64,000 bases of DNA, taken from assembly GCA_045660295.1 (NCBI GenBank), contig JAZRDN010000040.1, forward strand, positions 34,393-98,392, in the 5' to 3' direction. Below the pieces are notes generated by a model, which did not search any database, was not told where the DNA came from, and worked only from the letters and a program-made list of their open reading frames with translations. Source of the DNA: Eubacteriales bacterium. Its GTDB lineage: Bacteria > Bacillota > Clostridia > Oscillospirales > CAG-272. Made by a program: the position numbers and the translations under genes. The stretch's first letter is position 1. The number at the start of each line of letters is the position of its first letter. This document shows positions 47,421 through 55,962 of this stretch, in pieces.

Positions 47421-47433
47421 TAAAAAGCATTTT

Positions 47434-47461
47434 GCCCCGCTCTGCTGAGCGGGGCTTTTTG
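47434..47461 (+). terminator. Rho-independent terminator
   Basis: GCCCCGCTC-tgct-GAGCGGGGC followed by a T-run. Confidence 0.8.
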
Positions 47462-47472
47462 TATAACGCCCC

Positions 47473-47516
47473 CGCCATAGTGAAGTGAACCCCATTTGGT
47501 TCACTTCATTATGGCG
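47473..47516 (+). other. Long intergenic hairpin (second tandem terminator or protein-binding palindrome)
   Basis: CGCCATAGTGAAGTGAACC-ccattt-GGTTCACTTCATTATGGCG has a 19-bp stem with one G-U position, followed by TGGTTTT. Confidence 0.5.
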
Positions 47517-47539
47517 TGGTTTTCATTATATAAAATAAA

Positions 47540-47567
47540 AAGATGACGACTGAAAGGGCGTCATCTT
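47540..47567 (-). terminator. Hairpin with a T-run only on the minus strand (orphan minus-strand terminator?)
   Basis: AAGATGACG-actgaaaggg-CGTCATCTT. On the minus strand it is followed by TTTTATTTTAT. No credible minus-strand gene lies upstream of it. Confidence 0.4.
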
Positions 47568-47671
47568 CAATGTGCAAAAGGTTTGTCGTCAAAACGCAAC
47601 ATATTAGGTGTTTAAATTTGTACAGATTAAACAACCTTTATAAAAAAGTTAATGTCTTTTCGGATAAACTA

Positions 47672-47700
47672 TTGACAAAAAAAAGATTTTATGATATATT
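47672..47700 (+). promoter_or_regulatory. Sigma-A type promoter for lipoprotein B, with an A8 tract in the spacer
   Basis: TTGACA (47672-47677), a 17-nt spacer, and TATATT (47695-47700) with an extended -10 TG (47692-47693). The A-run covers 47677-47684. Confidence 0.45.
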
Positions 47701-47787
47701 ATTACCATAGATGCTGAGTTAGAATAAGCTATATTTATGCTTGTTTTGAGTAAGGCAAAATATTTCTTTATTTTTGGAGGAACAATC

Positions 47788-48792
47788 ATGAAATTTACCA
47801 AAATTATGGCGCTTGTTCTTGCACTTATGATGCTTGTATGCGCATTTGCAGCCTGCGGCGGTCCCGGTGAAGATACACTTTCTGACGAAACCGATCCCGT
47901 TACTGATGCTCCAGAGACAAACGCTCCCGAGACAGACGCTCCCGAAGAGTGTAAGCACACTCGTACAAGAGAGCTTCCCGGTACTCGCGTTGAGCCTACA
48001 TGTACAGTAGACGGTAAGTACACAGAAATCTGCCGTTCTTGCAATCTTGAGTGGGATGTGCCCGTCATCACTCCCGGACATGACTACTATTCCCTTGATA
48101 GCCTTGACGGAGCGTATAAAAAGCAGTTATGCAAAGTATGTTCTGATGTTTGCGTTGAGGATGCTAACGGTGTAAAGGTTGAGGATTATTCCGCGATCGA
48201 GTTCCCCTTCTTCCGTACTTCCTTCGACCATATCGTTAGCATCAACAATATAGCTGATATTTTTGATGGCGTAAGCTACAAGGACGCATTTGCTACTCAG
48301 GTAGTTACATTCACAGACGGTGAGGAGACCAACTCCTACGCAAACGTTCCCACAGGTTCCACTGCTAACGGTTACTTTGAGGTTAAGGATGACGAGAACG
48401 CAATGGCAGCTAAGGTATTTACAGTTTCCTTCGCGTCTTACTTTGATGAGCTTCCTCTTACAGGCAAGCTCAATCTCCTCACATGGTATATCGGCGGAGC
48501 AGAGTACGTTCTTCTCGCGGTTGACGATATCGGTGACATCTATGTTATCGGTAACGACAAGGCTGTTGCTACATACTCCGACAAGGGCTGGGATACAGTT
48601 ACCGTTGAGGTTGATCCCGCAACAGGCGCTGTAAAGGTTTCCTTTGAGGGCGCTGACGGTAAGACTGCTACCGGAACAGGTAAGCTTGGCGCATCTGCTA
48701 CAGGCAAGACCGATTCTTACGTAAGATTCTTTGACGATGCCGGTCAGTTCGAGGCTTACATCGACGAGATTTGTATCTCTGTTGCTAAGTAA
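47788..48792 (+). CDS. Cys-rich surface lipoprotein with LamG/concanavalin-like C-terminal domain (paralogue B)
   Basis: ATG 47788 follows TGGAGG, 334 aa, with lipobox MKFTKIMALVLALMMLVCAFAAC. It has an acidic DAPET repeat linker and one four-Cys module (EPTCTVDGKYTEICRSCN...ITPGH). The C-terminal domain ends ...VKVSFEG...YIDEICISV. Confidence 0.8.
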   Translation: MKFTKIMALVLALMMLVCAFAACGGPGEDTLSDETDPVTDAPETNAPETDAPEECKHTRTRELPGTRVEPTCTVDGKYTEICRSCNLEWDVPVITPGHDYYSLDSLDGAYKKQLCKVCSDVCVEDANGVKVEDYSAIEFPFFRTSFDHIVSINNIADIFDGVSYKDAFATQVVTFTDGEETNSYANVPTGSTANGYFEVKDDENAMAAKVFTVSFASYFDELPLTGKLNLLTWYIGGAEYVLLAVDDIGDIYVIGNDKAVATYSDKGWDTVTVEVDPATGAVKVSFEGADGKTATGTGKLGASATGKTDSYVRFFDDAGQFEAYIDEICISVAK

Positions 48793-48806
48793 TTAAAGTA
48801 TAATTT

Positions 48807-48838
48807 GAACGCCGCGCATAGCGCGGCGTTCTTTTTTG
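48807..48838 (+). terminator. Rho-independent terminator
   Basis: GAACGCCGCGC-ata-GCGCGGCGTTC followed by T6. Confidence 0.8.
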
Positions 48839-48893
48839 TTCATATGCAACAATAAATTTTTTCTGGAATTGCGAAAAAATTAACAAATAGGTA

Positions 48894-48922
48894 TTGATAA
48901 AATTTGACATTTGTGGTATATT
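48894..48922 (+). promoter_or_regulatory. Sigma-A type promoter for pgk-tpiA
   Basis: TTGATA (48894-48899), a 17-nt spacer, and TATATT (48917-48922) with an extended -10 TG. Confidence 0.45.
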
Positions 48923-48963
48923 AATATACGGTGTAAAAATATTTAGAAAGGCGGATACACAAA

Positions 48964-50163
48964 ATGACCTACAATAAGAAAAACATCGAAGATATTGATG
49001 TTGCCGGCAAGAAAGTCCTTGTTCGTTGCGACTTCAATGTACCCCTTAAGGAAGGCGTAATCACCAGCGATAAGAGAATCGTTGAGGCGCTTCCCACAAT
49101 CAAGTACCTTCTTTCCAAGGGCGCAAAGGTTATCCTTTGCTCTCATATGGGTAAGCCCAAGGGCGAAGTAGTTGCTAAGTATTCTCTCGCTCCCGTTGCC
49201 GCAAGACTTACCGAGCTTCTCGGTCAGACAGTCGAGCTTGCAGCTGATACTATCGGCGCGGATGCAAAGGCAAAGGCGGCAGCTCTTAAGGAAGGACAGG
49301 CACTCCTTCTTGAGAATACCCGTTTTGATAAGAGAGAAGAAAAGAACGATCCCGAGTTCGCTAAGGAGCTTGCTTCTCTTGCTGAAGTTTTCGTAAACGA
49401 CGCGTTTGGCGCGGCTCACCGCGCGCATGCTTCCACAGCAGGCGTAGCTGATTATCTTCCCGCAGTTTGCGGTTACCTTATCCAGAAGGAAATCGGCGTT
49501 ATGGGTAAGGCTCTCGCTGATCCCGAGCGTCCTTTCGTCGCTATCCTCGGCGGTGCTAAGGTTTCGGATAAGCTTAACGTTATCAATAACCTTCTTACAA
49601 AGGTTGATACACTTATCATCGGCGGCGGTATGGCTTATACATTCCTTGCCGCAAAGGGTTACGGCATCGGTACGTCTCTCTTTGACGAAACAAAGGTTGA
49701 TTATTGCCGTGAGATGATGGCAAAGGCAGAGGAAAAGGGTGTTAAGCTTCTTCTCCCCGTTGATACCGTCGTTGCAAAGGCGTTCCCCGATCCCATCGAC
49801 GCTCCTATCGACGTTGAGACAGTTCCTTCCAATGAGATCCCCGCTGATAAGATGGGTCTTGATATCGGTGACAACACCAAGAAGCTCTTCGCGGATGCCG
49901 CAAAGAGCGCAAAGACTGTTGTTTGGAACGGTCCTATGGGCGTTTTCGAGAACCCCACTCTTGCAAAGGGTACTATCGCTGTGGCAGAGGCTCTTGCTGA
50001 GTCCGAGGCTATTACTATCGTAGGCGGCGGTGACTCCGCGGCGGCTTGCGAGCAGCTTGGTTACGCTTCCAAGATCACTCACATCTCCACCGGTGGCGGT
50101 GCTTCTCTTGAGTTCCTTGAGGGACTTGAGCTTCCCGGTATCGCTTGCCTTCAGGACAAGTAA
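48964..50163 (+). CDS. pgk: Phosphoglycerate kinase
   Basis: 399 aa with [15 protein letters not shown] and GGGMAYTF motifs. Confidence 0.97.
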   Translation: MTYNKKNIEDIDVAGKKVLVRCDFNVPLKEGVITSDKRIVEALPTIKYLLSKGAKVILCSHMGKPKGEVVAKYSLAPVAARLTELLGQTVELAADTIGADAKAKAAALKEGQALLLENTRFDKREEKNDPEFAKELASLAEVFVNDAFGAAHRAHASTAGVADYLPAVCGYLIQKEIGVMGKALADPERPFVAILGGAKVSDKLNVINNLLTKVDTLIIGGGMAYTFLAAKGYGIGTSLFDETKVDYCREMMAKAEEKGVKLLLPVDTVVAKAFPDPIDAPIDVETVPSNEIPADKMGLDIGDNTKKLFADAAKSAKTVVWNGPMGVFENPTLAKGTIAVAEALAESEAITIVGGGDSAAACEQLGYASKITHISTGGGASLEFLEGLELPGIACLQDK

Positions 50164-50175
50164 TAAAAAACACAT

Positions 50176-50195
50176 GGGGCGATCTCGGTCGCCCC
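50176..50195 (+). other. Intercistronic GC stem-loop between pgk and tpiA
   Basis: GGGGCGA-tctcgg-TCGCCCC with no T-run. It is probably an mRNA stability or processing element rather than a full terminator. Confidence 0.4.
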
Positions 50196-50227
50196 TAATA
50201 ACAGTACAATCGAAAGGAAGTTTTAGT

Positions 50228-50995
50228 ATGAATCCTTCTAAGAGAAGAACAGTTATCGCAGGTAACTGGAAAATGAATATGACACCCAAGAGCGCTGTCG
50301 CTCTTATCGAGGAGATGAAGCCTCTCGTTGCGGGCAAAAACGCTTGCGACGTAGTGCTTTGTGTACCTGCAATTGATATTCCTGCGGCTGTTGAGGCTGC
50401 AAAGGGCTCTAACATAAAGATTGGCGCTGAAAACGTGCATTTCAAGGCGTCTGGCGCGTACACTGGCGAGATTTCCGCGGAGATGCTCGTTGAGGCAGGC
50501 GTCGAGTACGTTGTTATCGGTCACTCCGAGAGAAGACAGTACTTCGCGGAGACTGACCAGACAGTAAACCTTCGTACACTTGCGGCACTGGGCGCGGGTC
50601 TTAAGGCTATCGTTTGTGTTGGCGAGACTCTTGAGCAGAGAGAGCTCGGCTATACCGAAACACTCCTTAAGTTCCACACAAAGATGGCTCTTACAAACGT
50701 AAGCGCAGAACAGCTTAAGAACGTTATCGTTGCTTATGAGCCTGTATGGGCTATCGGCACAGGCGTTACCGCAACCGCAGATCAGGCTGATGAGGGTAAC
50801 GGATTTGTTCGCGCGGCAATCGCTGAGGTATACGGCGCTGACGTTGCTGAAACAGTTACCGTTCAGTACGGCGGCTCTATGAACGAGAAGAATGCCGCAG
50901 AGCTTCTTGCTAAGCCCAACGTTGACGGCGGTCTTATCGGCGGCGCGTCTCTGGTGGCTGAGAAGTTTAAGGCTATTGTTGACGCGGCTCAGTAA
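50228..50995 (+). CDS. tpiA: Triosephosphate isomerase
   Basis: ATG 50228 follows GAAAGGAAG, 255 aa, with AGNWKMN, IGHSERR and YEPVWAIGTG. Confidence 0.95.
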   Translation: MNPSKRRTVIAGNWKMNMTPKSAVALIEEMKPLVAGKNACDVVLCVPAIDIPAAVEAAKGSNIKIGAENVHFKASGAYTGEISAEMLVEAGVEYVVIGHSERRQYFAETDQTVNLRTLAALGAGLKAIVCVGETLEQRELGYTETLLKFHTKMALTNVSAEQLKNVIVAYEPVWAIGTGVTATADQADEGNGFVRAAIAEVYGADVAETVTVQYGGSMNEKNAAELLAKPNVDGGLIGGASLVAEKFKAIVDAAQ

Positions 50996-51001
50996 ATATT
51001 G

Positions 51002-51035
51002 AAAAAGCAGGAGATTTTTCCTGCTTTTTCTTTTT
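51002..51035 (+). terminator. Rho-independent terminator
   Basis: AAGCAGGA-gatttt-TCCTGCTT followed by TTTCTTTTT. Confidence 0.75.
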
Positions 51036-51054
51036 ACTTTTTTTATAATATCCC

Positions 51055-51083
51055 TTGAAAAAATAAGTTTTTTGTGATATACT
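51055..51083 (+). promoter_or_regulatory. Sigma-A type promoter for rbfA-nrnA
   Basis: TTGAAA (51055-51060), a 17-nt spacer, and TATACT (51078-51083) with an extended -10 TG. Confidence 0.5.
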
Positions 51084-51122
51084 AAAAAGTGAATTTATAA
51101 ATACAATATTGAAAGGATAGAT

Positions 51123-51521
51123 ATGGCAAAATACAGACGCGGAAGAATAAATGACGAGGTTCAGAAGGAGCTTGCGCAGATAGTAAGAGAAATAAAAGAC
51201 CCGAGGGTAAGCGGAACTATGGTATGCATTACAGCCGTTGAGGTAACTCCCGACCTTAAATACGCAAAGGTCTACTATTCGGCAATAGGCGGTGATAAAA
51301 AGGAAGTAGGTAACGGTCTCCGTGCCGCTCACGGTTTTATCAGAAAGAGAATTGCCCAGTCGCTCAATCTTCGGATAACCCCCGAATTTAGCTTTTATAT
51401 CGACGAGTCTATCGAGCGCGGCGCTCATATAGCAAGCATCCTCAATTCCATCGAGTTCTCGGACGATATTGACGAGGAGAATGAGGGCGAGGACGGCGCG
51501 GACGAGTCGGAAGATAATTAG
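51123..51521 (+). CDS. rbfA: Ribosome-binding factor A
   Basis: 132 aa. R..R..E.....L..I......DPR......IT.V.V..DL..A.VY is typical of RbfA, and there is an acidic C-terminal tail. Confidence 0.92.
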   Translation: MAKYRRGRINDEVQKELAQIVREIKDPRVSGTMVCITAVEVTPDLKYAKVYYSAIGGDKKEVGNGLRAAHGFIRKRIAQSLNLRITPEFSFYIDESIERGAHIASILNSIEFSDDIDEENEGEDGADESEDN

Positions 51522-51563
51522 TATCAGCCTTTCCTTAAAATATTAAGAAACGGAGGAAGGGAA

Positions 51564-52565
51564 ATGAAGATATTTCAAAAATTGAGCTTTTCGGACATCT
51601 GCGACAGATTGACCGAAAAGAAAAATACACTCATACTTTTTCACGTGCGTCCCGATGGAGATGCCGTTGGCTCGGCGTTGGCAATGAAATTGCTTCTTGA
51701 AGCGGCGGGAAGCCGCGCATGGTGCCTTTGCGCTAACGAGATTCCACAGCGCCTGGCGTTTCTCGGTGAGGGCGTGCAAACCAGCACTTTGCTCGAGGCA
51801 ATTCCAAGCGATTTTGACGTTGAACGCGTTATCTCTGTCGATACCGCGTCAAGCGCGCAGCTTGGCGAGCTCTACGAGCGTTTTGAAGGAAAAATAGATG
51901 TTATGATCGACCATCACGCTAAGGGCGAGCCTTATGCCGATTATTTTGTGGCATCTGATGCCGCGGCAGCGGGGGAGATAGTGTTCGATATTTCCAGAGA
52001 AATGCTTAAGCGCGGAGCCATAAAGGAAATTCCCGAGAAAATGGATTTCTGCCTTTATACGGCTATTAGCTCGGATACGGGATGCTTTAAGTATTCAAAC
52101 GTTACCCCAAAGACCCATATATGCTCGGCTGAGCTTCTCAAATCGGGCATAGACACCGCGCAGATAAACCGCCTGCTTTTTGACTCCAAATCCATGGAGG
52201 TGCTTGCGGTCGAAAAGGCGGGGCTTGATACGCTGAAAATGTTTCATAACGGTAAAATTGCAGTGGTGTTCTTTACATACCAGATGAAGCAAAAGCTCGG
52301 AGTTCTCGACGAGCACCTTGAAACGCTTATCGACGTGGCTCGTTCTGTGGAGGGTGTTGACGTTGCAGTGGCTATAAGACAGCCTGGACCCGAAAAGACT
52401 TTCAGAGTTTCTACCCGTTCATCAAACGCGGTTGACGTTTCAGCGGTCTGTGCTTATTTCGGCGGAGGCGGACATATCCGCGCCGCGGGATGCACCATAG
52501 TCGCCGACTGTATCGAACACGTTGCTGACCTCGTAATAACCGAGGTTGAAAAACAACTATTTTAA
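51564..52565 (+). CDS. nrnA: DHH/DHHA1 phosphoesterase (NrnA-like oligoribonuclease / pAp phosphatase)
   Basis: 333 aa with HVRPDGDAVGS, DHH (MIDHH), and GGGGH in the DHHA1 domain. Confidence 0.85.
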   Translation: MKIFQKLSFSDICDRLTEKKNTLILFHVRPDGDAVGSALAMKLLLEAAGSRAWCLCANEIPQRLAFLGEGVQTSTLLEAIPSDFDVERVISVDTASSAQLGELYERFEGKIDVMIDHHAKGEPYADYFVASDAAAAGEIVFDISREMLKRGAIKEIPEKMDFCLYTAISSDTGCFKYSNVTPKTHICSAELLKSGIDTAQINRLLFDSKSMEVLAVEKAGLDTLKMFHNGKIAVVFFTYQMKQKLGVLDEHLETLIDVARSVEGVDVAVAIRQPGPEKTFRVSTRSSNAVDVSAVCAYFGGGGHIRAAGCTIVADCIEHVADLVITEVEKQLF

Positions 52566-52572
52566 ATGAACT

Positions 52573-52598
52573 AAGCCCCTCTTTGTGAGGGGCTTTTG
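52573..52598. terminator. Bidirectional rho-independent terminator
   Basis: AAGCCCCTC-tttgt-GAGGGGCTT lies between convergent genes. Confidence 0.75.
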
Positions 52599-52602
52599 TC
52601 TA

Positions 52603-53025
52603 TTAACTAACCTTTTGCTTTTTCTGGCGGTTTTCTATTACCGATATCAAAATACATATTCCAAAGCTTAAAAAGAACCAAATTCCCGAGAACAAGAGCG
52701 ATATTTGCCCAAGCAGATTGTATGGGAGTGCCGAGTAATCCCATATCGAAAGCCCAAGCCATAGATTGAGAATACAGCCCGCCGCGAATTCCACGGCGGT
52801 TATAAGCACCGCGCATAGCGTTGCCCTCAGCGTGTAAGAGGCTTTAGTGAATCGGCGGTTGATAAAATATATGCCAACAAGACATATTCCGCCGCACAGT
52901 CCCATAGTCCAGTGCGAATGACCTCTGAATAGCACCTCAAGCAGATAATAACCGAAACCGCCTGTCAGAAAGAGCAGAAAAATTCTCAAAGGCATTGCCT
53001 TTTTGCCGTAAATTGTATTGTTCAT
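52603..53025 (-). CDS. Small integral membrane protein (4 TM), function unknown
   Basis: Trimmed to ATG 53023-53025 (MNNTIYGKK...), 140 aa. There are four hydrophobic segments. It may belong to the 'putative ABC-transporter type IV' Pfam family, but that is from memory only. Confidence 0.6.
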   Translation of the reverse strand: MNNTIYGKKAMPLRIFLLFLTGGFGYYLLEVLFRGHSHWTMGLCGGICLVGIYFINRRFTKASYTLRATLCAVLITAVEFAAGCILNLWLGLSIWDYSALPYNLLGQISLLFSGIWFFLSFGICILISVIENRQKKQKVS

Positions 53026-53132
53026 GGCTAAACACATCCTTAAAATATATTCTGTGGAAAGTGTTCCCTGAAACCCAAAAAAATAAACCGAAAAAAGTAA
53101 TTTGGTAAAATTTCTAAAGTTTTCATAAATAC

Positions 53133-53161
53133 TTGAAAAACGCGAGAGAATGTGGTATACT
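53133..53161 (+). promoter_or_regulatory. Sigma-A type promoter for the membrane protein-metG-tatD operon
   Basis: TTGAAA (53133-53138), a 17-nt spacer, and TATACT (53156-53161) with an extended -10 TG. This excludes the GTG at 53152 as a start codon. Confidence 0.5.
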
Positions 53162-53202
53162 ATTTGTATTGTGAAGTAAAGTGCCTGTCGGGAGGTGGTC
53201 TG

Positions 53203-53988
53203 TTGGCAAGACTGAAAAATAATATAAGACAGCGCTCCGCCGAGTATGCTGAAAAAGCGCTTGTAAGCAACGGAAATCAGCTGAAGCTGGCATCTTGCGT
53301 TATACTTTGCGCGGCTGTTACTATGCTCGTCTGGTTTCTTTCCGACCTCTTTGAACTGGCTTTTTCGATTTTCGCCGTCTCGTATAACGAGCCTGCGGTG
53401 TATTGGTGCTCTATATTACTGCTTTGTTTGCTGATAATCCTGCTTGCCGCGCCTGTATATATCGGAATGTTCGGCGTGGCGATGCGAATGTCGCAAGGAG
53501 AAAATTCCGAAATAGTTGACGTTTTCGATACTTTTTCTTCGCTCAAAGCCTACGGCAGAGCGTTGAGAATATCGCTTAATATCTTCGTGCGGGTGTTGCC
53601 GATAGTGCTTTTGCTGCGCCTTCCCTATATGCTTGATGCACTTGCGTATTTCTTTACTATTCCCGCGTTTGTGTACAAATACGTGTGGTTTGCGGTTATA
53701 CCCACAGCCCTTGTGGTTGTTCTGCCCGTTGGCAGATCGTTCGGATTTGTCAGCTTCTCGTATCTTGATGAAAACGAAAGCGTGCGAGCTTGCGTGCGTC
53801 GAGCGCGAAGAACACGAAAAGGGAACTATAAAGCGGTATATTCGCTGGTTTATTCTACGCTCTTTAAGCTCTTGCTCTCACTGCTTACCGTGGGAGTCTG
53901 GACTGTAATTCACACTATTCCGATGGCGATGCTCAATTACGCGACTCTTGCCACCGAGCTTGATAATAACAATAACCGAAAGGACTGA
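53203..53988 (+). CDS. Integral membrane protein of unknown function
   Basis: The ORF frame is open from 53152, but the promoter overlaps that position. The likely start is TTG 53203 after GGAGGTGG (53191-53198), though the spacing is short and the start is uncertain. There are about 5-6 TM segments. Confidence 0.55.
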   Translation: MARLKNNIRQRSAEYAEKALVSNGNQLKLASCVILCAAVTMLVWFLSDLFELAFSIFAVSYNEPAVYWCSILLLCLLIILLAAPVYIGMFGVAMRMSQGENSEIVDVFDTFSSLKAYGRALRISLNIFVRVLPIVLLLRLPYMLDALAYFFTIPAFVYKYVWFAVIPTALVVVLPVGRSFGFVSFSYLDENESVRACVRRARRTRKGNYKAVYSLVYSTLFKLLLSLLTVGVWTVIHTIPMAMLNYATLATELDNNNNRKD

Positions 53989-53994
53989 TATAAA

Positions 53995-55962
53995 ATGGAA
54001 CAGAACAAGAAATTTTACATGACAACGGCTATCGCCTACGCGTCAAGAAAGCCTCACTTCGGCAACACTTACGAAATAATCATGGCAGACGCTTACGCAA
54101 GATATAAGCGCGCTATGGGCTATGACGTGTACCTTTGCACGGGTACAGATGAGCACGGTCAGAAGATTGAAAATCTCGCTAACGAGGCTGGCATTACCCC
54201 CAAGCAGTACGTTGACGGCGTTGCGGGCGAAATAAAGGGCGTGTGGGATAAGATGAACACAAGCTACGATTATTTCATTCGTACTACCGACGACTACCAC
54301 GAGCGCGCGGTGCAGAAGATATTCAAGCGCTTCTACGAGCAGGGCGACATATATAAGGATTACTATGAGGGCTGGTACTGTACCCCCTGTGAATCTTTCT
54401 TTACCGATACACAGATTACCGACGGCAAGTGCCCCGATTGCGGCAGACCCGTTCAGCACGCCAAGGAGGAAGCGTATTTCTTTAAAATGAGTAAGTACGT
54501 TGACCGCCTTGTAAAGCACATCGAGTCTGACCCCGAGTTTATTCAGCCCGAGTCGCGTAAAAACGAGATGGTAAATACCTTCCTTAAGGCAGGACTTCAG
54601 GACCTCTGCGTTTCGCGCACATCCTTCAAGTGGGGTATCCCCGTTGACTTTGACGATAAGCACGTGGTATACGTGTGGCTCGATGCGCTTACCAACTATA
54701 TCACCGCTCTCGGTTATGATCCCGATAAGAGCTTTGAGGAGCAGAGTGAGCATTTCAAGAAATACTGGCCATGTGACGTTCATATCATCGGTAAGGATAT
54801 TCTCCGTTTCCATACCATTTATTGGCCTATATTCCTTATGGCGCTTGATATTCCGCTTCCAAAGAAGGTTTTCGGACATCCTTGGTTTATCGCGGGGCTT
54901 GATAAAATGTCCAAGTCAAAGGGCAACGTTATCTATGCCGATAGCCTTGCAGATCACTTCGGCGTTGACGGCGTGCGCTATTACGCGCTTTCCGAAATGC
55001 CCTACGCAAACGACGGCTCTATCACCCACGAGTCGGTAATCAACCGCTTCAACGCCGACCTTGTAAATAATCTCGGCAACCTCGTTAAGCGTACTCTTGA
55101 TATGCAGAAGAAGTATTTCGATAAGGTCGTTCAAGCTCCCACCGCGCCCGATGCGCTTGACAGTGAGCTTAAAAACGTTTGCTTTGAGACATATGATGAG
55201 GTGGTCAAGCTTATGGACGGCTACCGCGTTGCCGACGCGCTTGAGGCTATCTTCGCAATGCTTCGCCGCGCTAATAAGTACATTGACGAGACCACGCCCT
55301 GGGCACTTGCTAAGGACGAGAGCCAAAAAGAGAGACTGGGAACAGTTCTTTATAATCTTCTTGAAACTATCCGCAGAGGCGCAATTCTTCTTATGCCCTT
55401 TATTCCCGAAAGCGCGGCAGAGATACTTCGTGAGCTTGGATGCGAGTATAACGGCTATACCGAGCTTGCCGAGAACAAGAGCTTTGACGGCGTAAAGGTC
55501 GGCACTGTGCTTGAGGACTCCAAGGTGCTTTTCGCGAGAGTTGACGAGGAGAAGAAGCTTGCTGAGTTTGCCGCAGAGGCAGAGGCGGCAAGAAAAGCGG
55601 CTGAGCTTGAGGAAAAGCAGAAGGAAAAGCCCGAGGGCTGTGCGCTTATCGGTATTGAGGACTTTATGAGCGTAGAGCTTCGCAGTGCGAAAATACTCGC
55701 CTGTGAAAAGGTTCCGAAGGCGAAGAAGCTCCTTAAGCTTCAGGTAGACCTCGGCTACGAGCAGAGACAGGTAGTTTCGGGTATAGCAAAATTCTACGAG
55801 CCCGAGCAGCTTGTGGGAAAGAAGATAATTCTGGTTGTAAACCTTAAGCCCGCTACACTTTGCGGAATCGAGTCCAACGGTATGATACTTGCTTCGGGAG
55901 AGGAAGACGTGAGAGTCGTATTCCTTGACCCCGAGACACCTCTTGGCGAAAGAATCAGATGA
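53995..55962 (+). CDS. metG: Methionine--tRNA ligase with C-terminal tRNA-binding (EMAP/Trbp111-like) domain
   Basis: 655 aa with HFGN (HIGH-type), a Zn knuckle CTPCE...CPDCG, KMSKS, and a C-terminal OB-fold tail. Confidence 0.96.
   Translation: MEQNKKFYMTTAIAYASRKPHFGNTYEIIMADAYARYKRAMGYDVYLCTGTDEHGQKIENLANEAGITPKQYVDGVAGEIKGVWDKMNTSYDYFIRTTDDYHERAVQKIFKRFYEQGDIYKDYYEGWYCTPCESFFTDTQITDGKCPDCGRPVQHAKEEAYFFKMSKYVDRLVKHIESDPEFIQPESRKNEMVNTFLKAGLQDLCVSRTSFKWGIPVDFDDKHVVYVWLDALTNYITALGYDPDKSFEEQSEHFKKYWPCDVHIIGKDILRFHTIYWPIFLMALDIPLPKKVFGHPWFIAGLDKMSKSKGNVIYADSLADHFGVDGVRYYALSEMPYANDGSITHESVINRFNADLVNNLGNLVKRTLDMQKKYFDKVVQAPTAPDALDSELKNVCFETYDEVVKLMDGYRVADALEAIFAMLRRANKYIDETTPWALAKDESQKERLGTVLYNLLETIRRGAILLMPFIPESAAEILRELGCEYNGYTELAENKSFDGVKVGTVLEDSKVLFARVDEEKKLAEFAAEAEAARKAAELEEKQKEKPEGCALIGIEDFMSVELRSAKILACEKVPKAKKLLKLQVDLGYEQRQVVSGIAKFYEPEQLVGKKIILVVNLKPATLCGIESNGMILASGEEDVRVVFLDPETPLGERIR

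Noticed and set aside
47570-47710. 46-codon plus-strand ORF (MCKRFVVKTQH...) in the lipoprotein intergenic gap
   Set aside because: It has no RBS, runs through the predicted promoter of lipoprotein B, and has an AT-rich, random-looking composition.
48943-50463. 506-aa ORF antisense to pgk and the start of tpiA
   Set aside because: It runs exactly antisense to two unambiguous glycolytic genes, has no RBS, and its product is low-complexity with no recognisable motif. Long antisense ORFs are pervasive in this window and probably reflect sense-strand avoidance of the codons TTA, CTA and TCA, whose complements are stop codons.
53038-53994. Possible T-box leader upstream of metG
   Set aside because: metG starts 6 nt after the preceding membrane-protein gene. 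The upstream untranslated region (53162-53202) is only about 40 nt and has no specifier or T-box sequences.
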